A stretch of 64,000 nt of DNA. Origin: Reclinomonas americana ATCC 50394. Its lineage: Eukaryota. A program made the translations under genes and the position numbers. The stretch lies in the NCBI GenBank assembly GCA_048213135.1, contig PS015009.1:496001-560000 (forward strand), given 5' to 3'. The notes below the pieces were generated by a model. The model was not told the origin of the DNA and did no database searches. It saw only the letters and a program-made list of their open reading frames with translations. Below are positions 51,336-60,517 of this stretch, piece after piece. Position 1 is the first letter of the stretch; every line of letters begins with the position of its first letter.

Positions 51336-51974
51336 TCACACCAGCCACGGATTACTCCTCCGTTCTTCACCCACCGTTGTCGCCGGTCCATGCCCGCTGT
51401 ATACTTTGGTTTCATCAGGGAGTACCAATAATTGGGTGCGGATGCTTTCGATGAGGGTATCGTGATCACCACCCGGCAGATCGCTGCGGCCGATGCTGCC
51501 CCTGAACAACACATCGCCACCAATAACAAACCCCTGCTCCCGGCAGTAAAAAGAAACACTGCCCGGCGAATGACCCGGCGTGAACAGGATATCCAGTTCA
51601 TCGGCACCCAACTGTATTTTTTCGCCTTCCTTCAGGTAAACGAAGTCGCCTTTGTAATTGTCGAATGGTATATTGTACATCAGTCCGGAGGTAGGCGCAT
51701 AAGCCAGCAGGGTTTCCTCATTGGGGTGCAGGTGAAGGGTAAGTCCCCAGGTTTCAGCCACGAACTTATTGCCGAACACATGATCGAGGTGGCAATGGGT
51801 ATTAAGCAGCAATACCGGTTTTAACCCCATCTGTGTAATATAGTCTTTCAGCTCATCCTGTTCTTCGGGGAAATAGCAACCGGGGTCGATAATGGCGGCT
51901 TCCCCGGAATTGTTATGCAACACATACGTATTTTCCTGTATAGGATTGAAAACAAAGGCCTTAACATTTAACAT
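51336..51974 (-). CDS. MBL-fold metallo-hydrolase (glyoxalase II/YcbL-like)
   Basis: THCHLDH, TPGHSPG, GDVLF and SGHG motifs. Confidence 0.93.
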   Translation of the reverse strand: MLNVKAFVFNPIQENTYVLHNNSGEAAIIDPGCYFPEEQDELKDYITQMGLKPVLLLNTHCHLDHVFGNKFVAETWGLTLHLHPNEETLLAYAPTSGLMYNIPFDNYKGDFVYLKEGEKIQLGADELDILFTPGHSPGSVSFYCREQGFVIGGDVLFRGSIGRSDLPGGDHDTLIESIRTQLLVLPDETKVYSGHGPATTVGEERRSNPWLV

Positions 51975-52046
51975 TTGATACGTTTAAATTGATTTTAACG
52001 ATTAGACCGAAACAAGTAATTTAGTAGTGAATCTCAAAATCTCAGT

Positions 52047-55000
52047 ATGGCAAAGTTCAGCAGAATCTTTTTAATTTCCTGCTTTCTCCTTGCCTGCGGC
52101 CTTTTTACCCGGGCCCAGGTCAATACGGTGGAATTCGGGAAAAACAGGGTTCAATTCAGGACATTCAAATGGCAGTATTACCAAACCAAGAATTTCAATG
52201 TTTATTATTACGATAACGGCCAGGAACTGGCCAAATTCATAGCCCAGAGCGCCGAAAAAGAGCTGCCCCAGATTGAGACTGCGGCGGAATACAGCCTTCA
52301 GCGCAGGGCCAACATCGTTCTGTACAACCAGTACTCAGATATGCAGCAAAGCAATATTGGTATTGGCATCGACTGGCAGAACAATGGCGGCACCAAGCTG
52401 GTGAACAATAAAATGGTGGTGTATTTTGAGGCTGACCACGCCAAACTGCGCCTGCAGGTACGGAAGGGTATTGCGCAGGTGATCACCGAAAACCGCCTCT
52501 TTGGCGACGACCTGGGTGAAGTGGCGGGCAACCAGGCCCTGCTGGACCTCCCCAAATGGCTTACCGACGGTTATATCGCCTACCTGGCCGAGAACTGGAG
52601 TACCGACCTGGACGATGAACTGAAAAGTGAAATGCTGAGCGGCAACTATTCCAGTTTCAACCGTTTTGTGAATGAAAGACCTGTGATCGCCGGGCACGCT
52701 TTCTGGTATTATATCGAAGAAAAATTCAAGAAAGAGAATGTAACCTACCTGCTCTACCTGGCCACCGTTTACAAAAGCCTGAACAAAGCCACCATGCAGG
52801 TGTGCAAGATGAAGTTCAGGGAAGTGCTCGACGGTTTCATGGAGTACAACGAGGAAAAATATTATAAAGATATCGCCCGCAGGAAACCTTATCCAAAGGG
52901 TAACTATATCGACGGTTTCGACATCAGCCCCAGGCTGGATTATTTCCGCTTTAACGTAAACCCCAACAAAAAAAATAATTCCTACGTTGTTTCCCAATAC
53001 AAAAAAGGTATTGTAAGGGTGATCTATAATGATGATTTTGAGAACAAGACCATCCTCAAATTCGGTGTTCGCAGTTATAAGAACGAGATCAACCCGCATT
53101 ATCCCATGATGGCCTGGGACCCCAAGGGCACCCGCTTTGCCGTTATGTATGTACACGAAGGCAAACTCAGGCTTTTCATTTACGATGTGATCAACAGGCA
53201 GAAAAACATTAAGATCGACCTCACCAAACAGTTCGACCAGGTGCAGGATATGAAGTATATGCTCAACAGCAATACCCTGCTGCTGAGTGCCGTGAAGAAC
53301 GGGCAGACGGATCTTTTCTCATTCGACATCCAGAAGGAAAAAGTAACGCAGATTACCAATGATGTGTACGATGACCTCGACGCTTCTTTTGTGGCTTTCC
53401 CTAACAAAACAGGCATCATATTTTCCAGTAACCGCCCCAGTGCATCCGCCAAAACAGGCGACACCATTCTGCCCAGCGATCACCGTTACAATATTTTCCT
53501 GATCACCAATTTCGGCGACAAACCGGAACTGAACCAGATATCACAATTGTCTGACCTGGCCTTTGGCAATGCCCGTTATCCCATGCAGTACAATACCAAT
53601 CACTTTACATTTGTGAGTGATCTCAATGGTGTGGGCAACCGCTATGCCGGCTTCTTTACTACCGAAAAAACCGGGCTCGATACACTGGTGCTCATCGGCA
53701 GCGATATACTCCGCAATCCTTCCGCCAAAGACGTAGACAGTACCCTGCGGGTATATAAGAAAACTGATGTGGATTCCGTGGCCGTAGTATCCATATCAAA
53801 AGACTCGGCCTATACCTTCCCGCTCACCAACTACCAGAGTACGCTGGGCGAAACCCGCATTGCTGGTGACAACAACCAGGTAAGTGAAGTAACCCGCCAG
53901 AGCGATGAAAAAGTTTTGTACAAACTGAAGATAGACGAGATGACCCTGCGCAGGCGTAACGTAACCGCACAACCTACGGAGTACATGAAAAAACTGATGG
54001 CGGAACACAAAGCAGCCGACGCCACGCTTGAAAAAGTTGAAAAGGGAAAAGACTCGGCGGTAAAGAAACAGGACGATTTCTTCCAGACGGAGTTTGCCAA
54101 TGAAAAGAAAGACAGCAGTTACCAGTCCACACCATTCGAAGCCACACAGGCTGCGAAATATGATGTACTGAAAACCATCAAACAATTCAAATACAAACCC
54201 AAGAAATTCTATATCGAAAGCGGCGCTTTCTCCTTCTTCAATAACATGAACCTCATCACCCGGTACCAGCCTTATGGCGGTGGTGCAGGCCCTGTTCGCC
54301 TGGGCTCTTCCAGCGTGATCAGCGGTTTTACCAAAGTAACCGTTTCGGAACTGATGGAAGACATTAAACTGCTGGGCGGTGTGCGGGTATCAGGCAACCT
54401 GAAAGACATTGAGTGGGTAGGCAGTTACCAGAACCTGAGGAGGCGCATCGACTGGGGCTTTACTTACTACCGCAGTGTAATGGGCGGCATCGCCAGCGAC
54501 TCTTCCGGCTTTCCTTTCGATGCTAAAATGTATACCAACCTGTACATGGGCAATATCTCCTATCCGTTTGACGTAAACAGGAGTATCCGTTTCTCTACCG
54601 GTGTACGGTCCGATAAAATGGTCATCCTTGGCGTGCAGGTACCACCCTTCTCTGTTGCCATAGAAGACAGTAAAACACTCTACTCCGTATCGCATCTTGA
54701 ATATGTGCATGACAATACGCTCAACCCGGTTATGAACATTTGGAACGGGTTGCGTTATAAAGTATATTTCGATTACAATGCACAGATCAGCAAACTGGCC
54801 AATAATGAAGGCAGGAACACGTTTAACCTCGGTTTCGACGCCCGTTACTACTATCCTATCTACCGCAACTTCATCTGGGCCGGCAGGGCGGCGGGTGATT
54901 TCAGCTGGGGTAACCAGAAGATCGTGTATTACCTGGGTGGCGTAGACGGCTGGGCCATGTTTGGCGACAATATCAAAACCAATTCGCAGGGCGGATTCCA

Positions 55001-55463
55001 GAAGTACAGGTACTTCAACGAAGCCAACAGGCCTGCACCCGACCAGACTTACGCGTTCCAGAGCCTGGCCGTGAACATGCGTGGCTTTATCCAGAACGTT
55101 GCCAATGGTAATAATGCTGTAGTGATCAACAGTGAGTTCAGGTTGCCTGTGTTCACCACTTTCCTCAACAGGCCCATCAACAATGCTTTCCTGCGCAACT
55201 TCCAGGTAGTGCAGTTCATTGACCTGGGTACCGCCTGGAATGGCAGCTACAATGGCATCAAACGCCCGGAAGTAACACATGGTGAAGATCCGGTAACAGC
55301 AGTGGTAAAAGCCGGTGGTGTGGGACCTTTTGCCGGTGGTTATGGTTTTGGCGCCCGCAGTACGCTGCTCGGCTATTTTGTGAAGTTTGACGCGGCCTGG
55401 GAAATGAAAGGTTTCTTCAAAGGCAAACCTATCCTGTATATCGCGTTTGGGCTTGACTTCTAA
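52047..55463 (+). CDS. Omp85-family outer-membrane protein with zincin-like N-domain and TolB/WD40-like propeller
   Basis: Signal peptide; PKWLTDG; IFSSNR (PD40-like); MRGF; GFGARS..FGLDF barrel C-terminus. Confidence 0.7.
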   Translation: MAKFSRIFLISCFLLACGLFTRAQVNTVEFGKNRVQFRTFKWQYYQTKNFNVYYYDNGQELAKFIAQSAEKELPQIETAAEYSLQRRANIVLYNQYSDMQQSNIGIGIDWQNNGGTKLVNNKMVVYFEADHAKLRLQVRKGIAQVITENRLFGDDLGEVAGNQALLDLPKWLTDGYIAYLAENWSTDLDDELKSEMLSGNYSSFNRFVNERPVIAGHAFWYYIEEKFKKENVTYLLYLATVYKSLNKATMQVCKMKFREVLDGFMEYNEEKYYKDIARRKPYPKGNYIDGFDISPRLDYFRFNVNPNKKNNSYVVSQYKKGIVRVIYNDDFENKTILKFGVRSYKNEINPHYPMMAWDPKGTRFAVMYVHEGKLRLFIYDVINRQKNIKIDLTKQFDQVQDMKYMLNSNTLLLSAVKNGQTDLFSFDIQKEKVTQITNDVYDDLDASFVAFPNKTGIIFSSNRPSASAKTGDTILPSDHRYNIFLITNFGDKPELNQISQLSDLAFGNARYPMQYNTNHFTFVSDLNGVGNRYAGFFTTEKTGLDTLVLIGSDILRNPSAKDVDSTLRVYKKTDVDSVAVVSISKDSAYTFPLTNYQSTLGETRIAGDNNQVSEVTRQSDEKVLYKLKIDEMTLRRRNVTAQPTEYMKKLMAEHKAADATLEKVEKGKDSAVKKQDDFFQTEFANEKKDSSYQSTPFEATQAAKYDVLKTIKQFKYKPKKFYIESGAFSFFNNMNLITRYQPYGGGAGPVRLGSSSVISGFTKVTVSELMEDIKLLGGVRVSGNLKDIEWVGSYQNLRRRIDWGFTYYRSVMGGIASDSSGFPFDAKMYTNLYMGNISYPFDVNRSIRFSTGVRSDKMVILGVQVPPFSVAIEDSKTLYSVSHLEYVHDNTLNPVMNIWNGLRYKVYFDYNAQISKLANNEGRNTFNLGFDARYYYPIYRNFIWAGRAAGDFSWGNQKIVYYLGGVDGWAMFGDNIKTNSQGGFQKYRYFNEANRPAPDQTYAFQSLAVNMRGFIQNVANGNNAVVINSEFRLPVFTTFLNRPINNAFLRNFQVVQFIDLGTAWNGSYNGIKRPEVTHGEDPVTAVVKAGGVGPFAGGYGFGARSTLLGYFVKFDAAWEMKGFFKGKPILYIAFGLDF

Positions 55464-55481
55464 ACGATCCCGTTTAACACA

Positions 55482-56132
55482 TTATACTGCCCGGTCCTGG
55501 TGACCGGGCATTTTTTTTATGACCGTATACAGCAGGGCGAATAAACCCGTCAGCATAAAAGTGGTGCCCCAGGTGCGGGAATGATCTAAAGGATAGATCA
55601 AACGGTTAAGGATACCCGAAAATAAGGACAGCGGATCGCTGATCACATCCCAGCTGTTCCACCGCATGAAACGGCCCAGGTAAACACCGAAAGAACCCAG
55701 GAAAAGAAAAAGAAAGCTACACGTGGTGGCCACCCATGGTTGGTACCGGCTGCGGAGGTATTGTTCCACTTTATACAAAGAAGCAAATCCCAGTATCAAA
55801 CCCAGCACCGAAGCGGAGAACAGCAGTACGGCGTCGAACCATTTCGGCATAATGCCCCCGGGTCCTTCCAGGTGAATGAGGTCGGTTACGATGTACAGCG
55901 CATTGGGAAAGAACAGCAGCCAGGCCAGCAGCACTGCCCAGGTACCTGCAGCCTGTCGTGTGGCAGGAAGTGCATAACGCGTAAGCAGGTAAGGTATCCC
56001 GGCCAGGAAAAGATTCCACACCAGGAAAAGATAACGGCCACTTCCTGTGTATACCACACGGGTGCCGATAAGCACCGCGATAAAAGTGCCGAATAAGATC
56101 AGTAACATTTCAAATGAAAGGGACTTTGACAT
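55482..56132 (-). CDS. DUF1361 family membrane protein
   Basis: WNLFLA, FFPNALYIVTDLIHL and YLGRFMRWNSWD motifs. Confidence 0.88.
   Translation of the reverse strand: MSKSLSFEMLLILFGTFIAVLIGTRVVYTGSGRYLFLVWNLFLAGIPYLLTRYALPATRQAAGTWAVLLAWLLFFPNALYIVTDLIHLEGPGGIMPKWFDAVLLFSASVLGLILGFASLYKVEQYLRSRYQPWVATTCSFLFLFLGSFGVYLGRFMRWNSWDVISDPLSLFSGILNRLIYPLDHSRTWGTTFMLTGLFALLYTVIKKMPGHQDRAV
55488..55518 (+). terminator. Rho-independent terminator embedded in the 3' end of the convergent gene
   Basis: TGCCCGGTC-ctggt-GACCGGGCA followed by T8. Confidence 0.85.
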
Positions 56133-56134
56133 GG

Positions 56135-56482
56135 CTATGCTGTTAAATGAGGTATAAAAACGAGGGCTCCTGTAACTATGGCCGCCGTTGCCGCTACGAG
56201 TACTGCCGCGGCGCTGATGTCTTTGATTTTTTTAATGAGCGGATGCGTGGCCGGGTGCAGCCAGTCGCATAGCATTTCAATTACCGTATTGATCATCTCG
56301 GTCACCATCACCAATGCCATACACAATACGAGCATCACCCACTCCCGCCGCGACACGCCCAGGAACGCCGCTGTTACCGACACGGCAATAACCGCGAAAA
56401 TGTGTATCCTGAAATTGCGTTGTGTGAGAAAGCAGGTTCGCAATCCCTCAATGGCATACTGAAATGAGTGCAGGAGTTTCAT
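56135..56482 (-). CDS. dgkA: Diacylglycerol/undecaprenol kinase (DgkA family)
   Basis: NFRIH, EMINTVIE and KDISAAAV motifs. Confidence 0.88.
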   Translation of the reverse strand: MKLLHSFQYAIEGLRTCFLTQRNFRIHIFAVIAVSVTAAFLGVSRREWVMLVLCMALVMVTEMINTVIEMLCDWLHPATHPLIKKIKDISAAAVLVAATAAIVTGALVFIPHLTA

Positions 56483-56663
56483 ACTTTATTAATGAGATGA
56501 TATGCAAATATGCGGATGTGAAAATTGGGTCATACAACACCCATTTGTAATTCATAATTTGAAAATGTGACAATTCAGCAACTCACTCATTTCCCGCCCA
56601 TTCGTCGACCCGCCACATAATGGCAGCGAAAAACGCCTGCACCCTAAAAATGAAAACCTCCCA

Positions 56664-56691
56664 TTCGTAATTCATAATTGATAATTCGTAA
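56664..56691. repeat. Heptamer ladder TTCGTAA-TTCATAA-TTGATAA-TTCGTAA
   Basis: Read directly; abuts the stop codon of the Coq4-like gene. Confidence 0.75.
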
Positions 56692-57168
56692 TTAATGATT
56701 GTCTATTTTCTTTTTCAGCGTTTCCGTCTGCTCCCCTACCAGTTCCGCCCATTTCCATTGCGCTATACGGTTAGCCCTGCGTCCTCTTTTATAGGCCTTC
56801 CGGAAAGTGGGCCAGTACTCGGGCATGGTGAAAATGGCATACAGCACCGTAGCGATCACCGGGAAAGATAGATGACCATTACCCAGCATAAAACACTGCA
56901 GGCTGCCTTCTCCTTCATCGGTGGTATCATAATCCAGCAGGATGTGTTTCATATCATGACGGGCATAGTAAGCCAGCAGCTGCAGGTCACGTTCATCCAG
57001 GAAAGCAGCCAGGTCTTTACCCAGGCTGCCATCCGGGAAAAAGGCAAGATCGGCACGGGTGTAAGGGAATACTTCCGAACGGCGGACCAGCCGCAGCACC
57101 GGCAATGCCATATGGTGCGTCAGGAATACCAGGCACCGCGAACGTAATTTGACGAGTAGTTTATACAT
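56692..57168 (-). CDS. Coq4-like protein
   Basis: PDGSLG and HDMKH-x11-E motifs. Confidence 0.7.
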   Translation of the reverse strand: MYKLLVKLRSRCLVFLTHHMALPVLRLVRRSEVFPYTRADLAFFPDGSLGKDLAAFLDERDLQLLAYYARHDMKHILLDYDTTDEGEGSLQCFMLGNGHLSFPVIATVLYAIFTMPEYWPTFRKAYKRGRRANRIAQWKWAELVGEQTETLKKKIDNH

Positions 57169-57178
57169 ATTAGAAAGT

Positions 57179-57195
57179 GCTTTGAATTTCAAAGT
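57179..57195. promoter_or_regulatory. Candidate operator GCTTTG-N5-CAAAGT
   Basis: Inverted repeat about 10 bp upstream of the ATG at 57168; matches 58301-58317. Confidence 0.65.
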
Positions 57196-57212
57196 AAAAA
57201 GACAAAAAAATA

Positions 57213-57518
57213 TTACTTTACCGAACCGATCATTTTTGTCAGTGCATCCAGGTGCAGTTTAAACTCTTTCTCCCCTGTTTTGGTAATAGAATACGTAGTG
57301 TTCGTCTTGCGCCCGATAAATCCTTTCTGCATCTTCACATACTCCGCCTCTTCAAGTGTTTTCAGGTGACTGGCCAGGTTGCCATCTGTTATATCCAGCA
57401 GCGTCTTCAGCTCGTTGAAGCTCACGGCATCGTTCACCATGAGCGCACTCATGATGCCCAGCCGTATCCGGCTGTCAAATACCTTGTTCAACTGTGCTAT
57501 CGGGTTTTTCAAACTCAA
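57213..57518 (-). CDS. Winged-helix transcriptional regulator (HTH_34, ArsR/MarR-like)
   Basis: RIRLGIMSAL and TDGNLASHLKTLE motifs. Confidence 0.9.
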   Translation of the reverse strand: MSLKNPIAQLNKVFDSRIRLGIMSALMVNDAVSFNELKTLLDITDGNLASHLKTLEEAEYVKMQKGFIGRKTNTTYSITKTGEKEFKLHLDALTKMIGSVK

Positions 57519-57647
57519 AATTTAAAAATCAACATTCAAAATCATCACATCCGCACCTCTTCACATTTGTATAACTTGTCCCGTACCGGATGGCCGGTAT
57601 CCACACATTTTCTCATTCGCACATTCACTCATCCGCACATCTCCGAA

Positions 57648-58292
57648 TCATACCATCTTCACATTGCGTTCATATTTATACCACATCACCACTCCATACA
57701 CAATATGCAGCACACCAAAGCCCATGGCCCAGCACTGCAGCCCGTAACCAATGAACCACAGGTTCAGCAAGCCCAGCAGTATTTGTCCGTAACCCAGGTA
57801 ACGGATCTCGCCCAGTGTGTACTTGCTGGCATTCACCAGTGCCAGTCCGTAAAAAATAAGACAGCCCGGCGCCACCAGTTCATATTCACCCAACTGCATC
57901 ATGCGCAGCAGGAAAATGGCGCCCACACCCAGCGGTATCACCATGTTCCAGAACAGGCGCATGGTAGTAGCGCCCCACATAGGCGTGTTCGTGCGCTTGC
58001 TGCGTATATACGTAAACGTAAAAGCGGAAATAAAGGCCGCAATGAATGTCAGTGTAGCGATCCAGAACAATTCATTGATCAGCGCCGTTGACCCTTCCTG
58101 TATCACCCTGCCCAGCTGGCAATCGCCCTTAACCCAGCATTGTATCTTACTGCTCGCAAACCAGGCCCCCACCAGGGCGCAGGTACCGGCGGCAATACCG
58201 CTCAAACCACTCAGGCTGATGAAACGACTGCTGCGCTCCATCATCTGCTTAATGTGCTGGAGATCGCTAAGGGATTGTTGTTGCTCGTCCAT
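57648..58292 (-). CDS. Conserved membrane protein
   Basis: MMERSSRFISLSGLSG, LIFYGLAL and GFGVLHIVYG; several TM helices. Confidence 0.8.
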   Translation of the reverse strand: MDEQQQSLSDLQHIKQMMERSSRFISLSGLSGIAAGTCALVGAWFASSKIQCWVKGDCQLGRVIQEGSTALINELFWIATLTFIAAFISAFTFTYIRSKRTNTPMWGATTMRLFWNMVIPLGVGAIFLLRMMQLGEYELVAPGCLIFYGLALVNASKYTLGEIRYLGYGQILLGLLNLWFIGYGLQCWAMGFGVLHIVYGVVMWYKYERNVKMV

Positions 58293-58300
58293 AAAAAAGC

Positions 58301-58317
58301 ACTTTGAAATACAAAGT
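58301..58317. promoter_or_regulatory. Candidate operator ACTTTG-N5-CAAAGT
   Basis: Perfect 6-5-6 inverted repeat 8 bp upstream of the ATG at 58292. Confidence 0.7.
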
Positions 58318-58439
58318 AAATAGTTGCGGCTGACTTTCGCAAAATTATTTTTTGTACCGGCAGCGGTATTTCTGCCCGGCATCGTTGTGTCACTCACTTT
58401 TACGGCATAACTTTAGTCAGCTTTTTTTGCCCTGTATCT

Positions 58440-60506
58440 ATGATCAAATATTTTACCGCGGTCATCCTGCTTTGTTCAGGCTATGCCGCCATTGCCCAGG
58501 ATCGCATCGATCCTTCCCGTATTGATATTGTCCGTGATTCCTTTGGCGTACCCCATATTTACGCCGCCACCGACGCGGAGGTGGCTTACGGACTGGCCTA
58601 TGCGCATGCCGAGGATGATTTTCAAACCCTGCAAACCTCTTTCCTGGCCGGCAAATCCATGCTGGGCCGCTACAGCGGTAAAAAGGGCGCCACCATCGAT
58701 TACATCTGCCTGCTGTTACGCTGCCGCGACATTGTGGAAGAAAAATATGAGCAGGATATTTCCGCTGAATATAAAAAAGTACTGGCAGGGTATTGCCAGG
58801 GCTTCAACAGCTACGCCCTGCACCACCCCGGAGAAGTGCTGGTAAAAAAACTGTTCCCCCTCACACCAAAAGACATGCTGACGTATTCCCTGCTGCAGCT
58901 GAGCATTTCCTGCGGTGCCGACAGGGCCCTGCAACAGATCTTTGGTGGCAGCGTGGCGGTCATCAGCAATTTCAAACCCGGTGGCAGCAATGCCTATGCC
59001 TTCAATTCCCGCAAAACTACCGATGGCAGCACCTTTCTTAACATCAATCCCCACCAGCCGCTGGAAGGGCCGGTAAGCTGGTACGAAGCCCACCTCTGCA
59101 GCAATGAAGGCTGGAATATACTGGGCGCCCTTTTCCCCTGCGCACCCAGCATACTGCTCGGCGTTAACGAAAACCTGGGCTGGGGCCATACGGTGAACAA
59201 CCCCGATAAACTGGATGTATATCAGCTGGAGATGAACCCGGAAAATAAACTACAGTACCGTTTCGATAATGAATGGCTAACACTTGAAGAAGACAAAGCC
59301 CATTTGAAAGTGAAGATGTACGGTTTGAAAATAGGTGTGAAAAGAAAGATATGGCGCAGCAAATACGGACCAACCGTAGTTACCGACCGCGGTGTATTCG
59401 CTATACGCACCGGCGCACTCATGGACATACGCGGACTGGAACAATGGTACCGCATGAACAAGGCCCGCAACTTCTCCGAATTTTACAAAGCCCTGCAAAT
59501 GGGTGCCATACCGGGTTACAACGTTATGTACGCCGACAGGTTCGATACCATTTACTACCTCAGCAACGGTAAAATGCCTTACCGCGAAAAAGGATACAAC
59601 TGGCGAAGCACCATACCGGGCAATACGTCGCGAACCTTATGGACCCGCTTCCATCCCATCAATGAACTGCCGCATTACCTCAATCCGGCGTCGGGTTACC
59701 TGTTCAACAGCAACCACTCACCGTTTAACGCGTCGGCACGAGCCGATAACATCCGCGAACAGGATTATGATCCCACGATGAGTTACGAGAACTGGGACAA
59801 CAACCGCAGCAAGCGTTTTATGGATCTGCTGGCACCACTGGAAAAGATCAGCTACGAAGATTTCAAACGCATCAAATTTGACCGGAGATTGCCGCAACAA
59901 TTGTGGTACCCCGGCTGCAAATGCGATACGCTTTTCCTGCTCGATGAAAAACAATATCCCGCCATTGCGGATGTCATCCTTTGCCTGAAACAATGGGACC
60001 GCGTTGCCGATGTGAACAGCAAGGGCGCTACCGCGTTTTCGATCGCTTTCTATTATACCGTAAAGCAATTGGCGGGGCCATCGGCGGCAACTTACCGTAA
60101 CCTGTCCACTGCCACCTGTGTGGAAGTGCTCACATATGTAAAGGATTACCTTATGAAGTATTTCGGCAAAACGGATGTGCCGCTCGGCGATTACCAGAAA
60201 CTGGTGCGTGGTGATAAGGTTATTCCCTTACCCGGCATACCGGATGTAATTGCCAGTATGGAAAGCGAACCCTGGAAGGACGGCAGGGTGAAAGGCAGGC
60301 AGGGTGAAAGTTATACTGAACTGGTACGTTTTACCAAAGCCGGTCCCGAAATAGAAAGCATACACAGTTACGGCGCTTCCAATAAAAAAGAGAGTCCGCA
60401 CTACGACGACCAGATGGAAATGTATGTGCAGCAGAAAATGAAAAAGATGACCCTCAATAAGAAGGAGGTATATGCCGCTGCCGAGCGGATTTATCACCCG
60501 TTGTGA
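58440..60506 (+). CDS. Penicillin acylase family (Ntn hydrolase) protein
   Basis: Signal peptide; RDSFGVPHI; GSNAYAF (Ser nucleophile); NPHQP. Confidence 0.93.
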   Translation: MIKYFTAVILLCSGYAAIAQDRIDPSRIDIVRDSFGVPHIYAATDAEVAYGLAYAHAEDDFQTLQTSFLAGKSMLGRYSGKKGATIDYICLLLRCRDIVEEKYEQDISAEYKKVLAGYCQGFNSYALHHPGEVLVKKLFPLTPKDMLTYSLLQLSISCGADRALQQIFGGSVAVISNFKPGGSNAYAFNSRKTTDGSTFLNINPHQPLEGPVSWYEAHLCSNEGWNILGALFPCAPSILLGVNENLGWGHTVNNPDKLDVYQLEMNPENKLQYRFDNEWLTLEEDKAHLKVKMYGLKIGVKRKIWRSKYGPTVVTDRGVFAIRTGALMDIRGLEQWYRMNKARNFSEFYKALQMGAIPGYNVMYADRFDTIYYLSNGKMPYREKGYNWRSTIPGNTSRTLWTRFHPINELPHYLNPASGYLFNSNHSPFNASARADNIREQDYDPTMSYENWDNNRSKRFMDLLAPLEKISYEDFKRIKFDRRLPQQLWYPGCKCDTLFLLDEKQYPAIADVILCLKQWDRVADVNSKGATAFSIAFYYTVKQLAGPSAATYRNLSTATCVEVLTYVKDYLMKYFGKTDVPLGDYQKLVRGDKVIPLPGIPDVIASMESEPWKDGRVKGRQGESYTELVRFTKAGPEIESIHSYGASNKKESPHYDDQMEMYVQQKMKKMTLNKKEVYAAAERIYHPL

Positions 60507-60517
60507 TCGCCTGGTTA

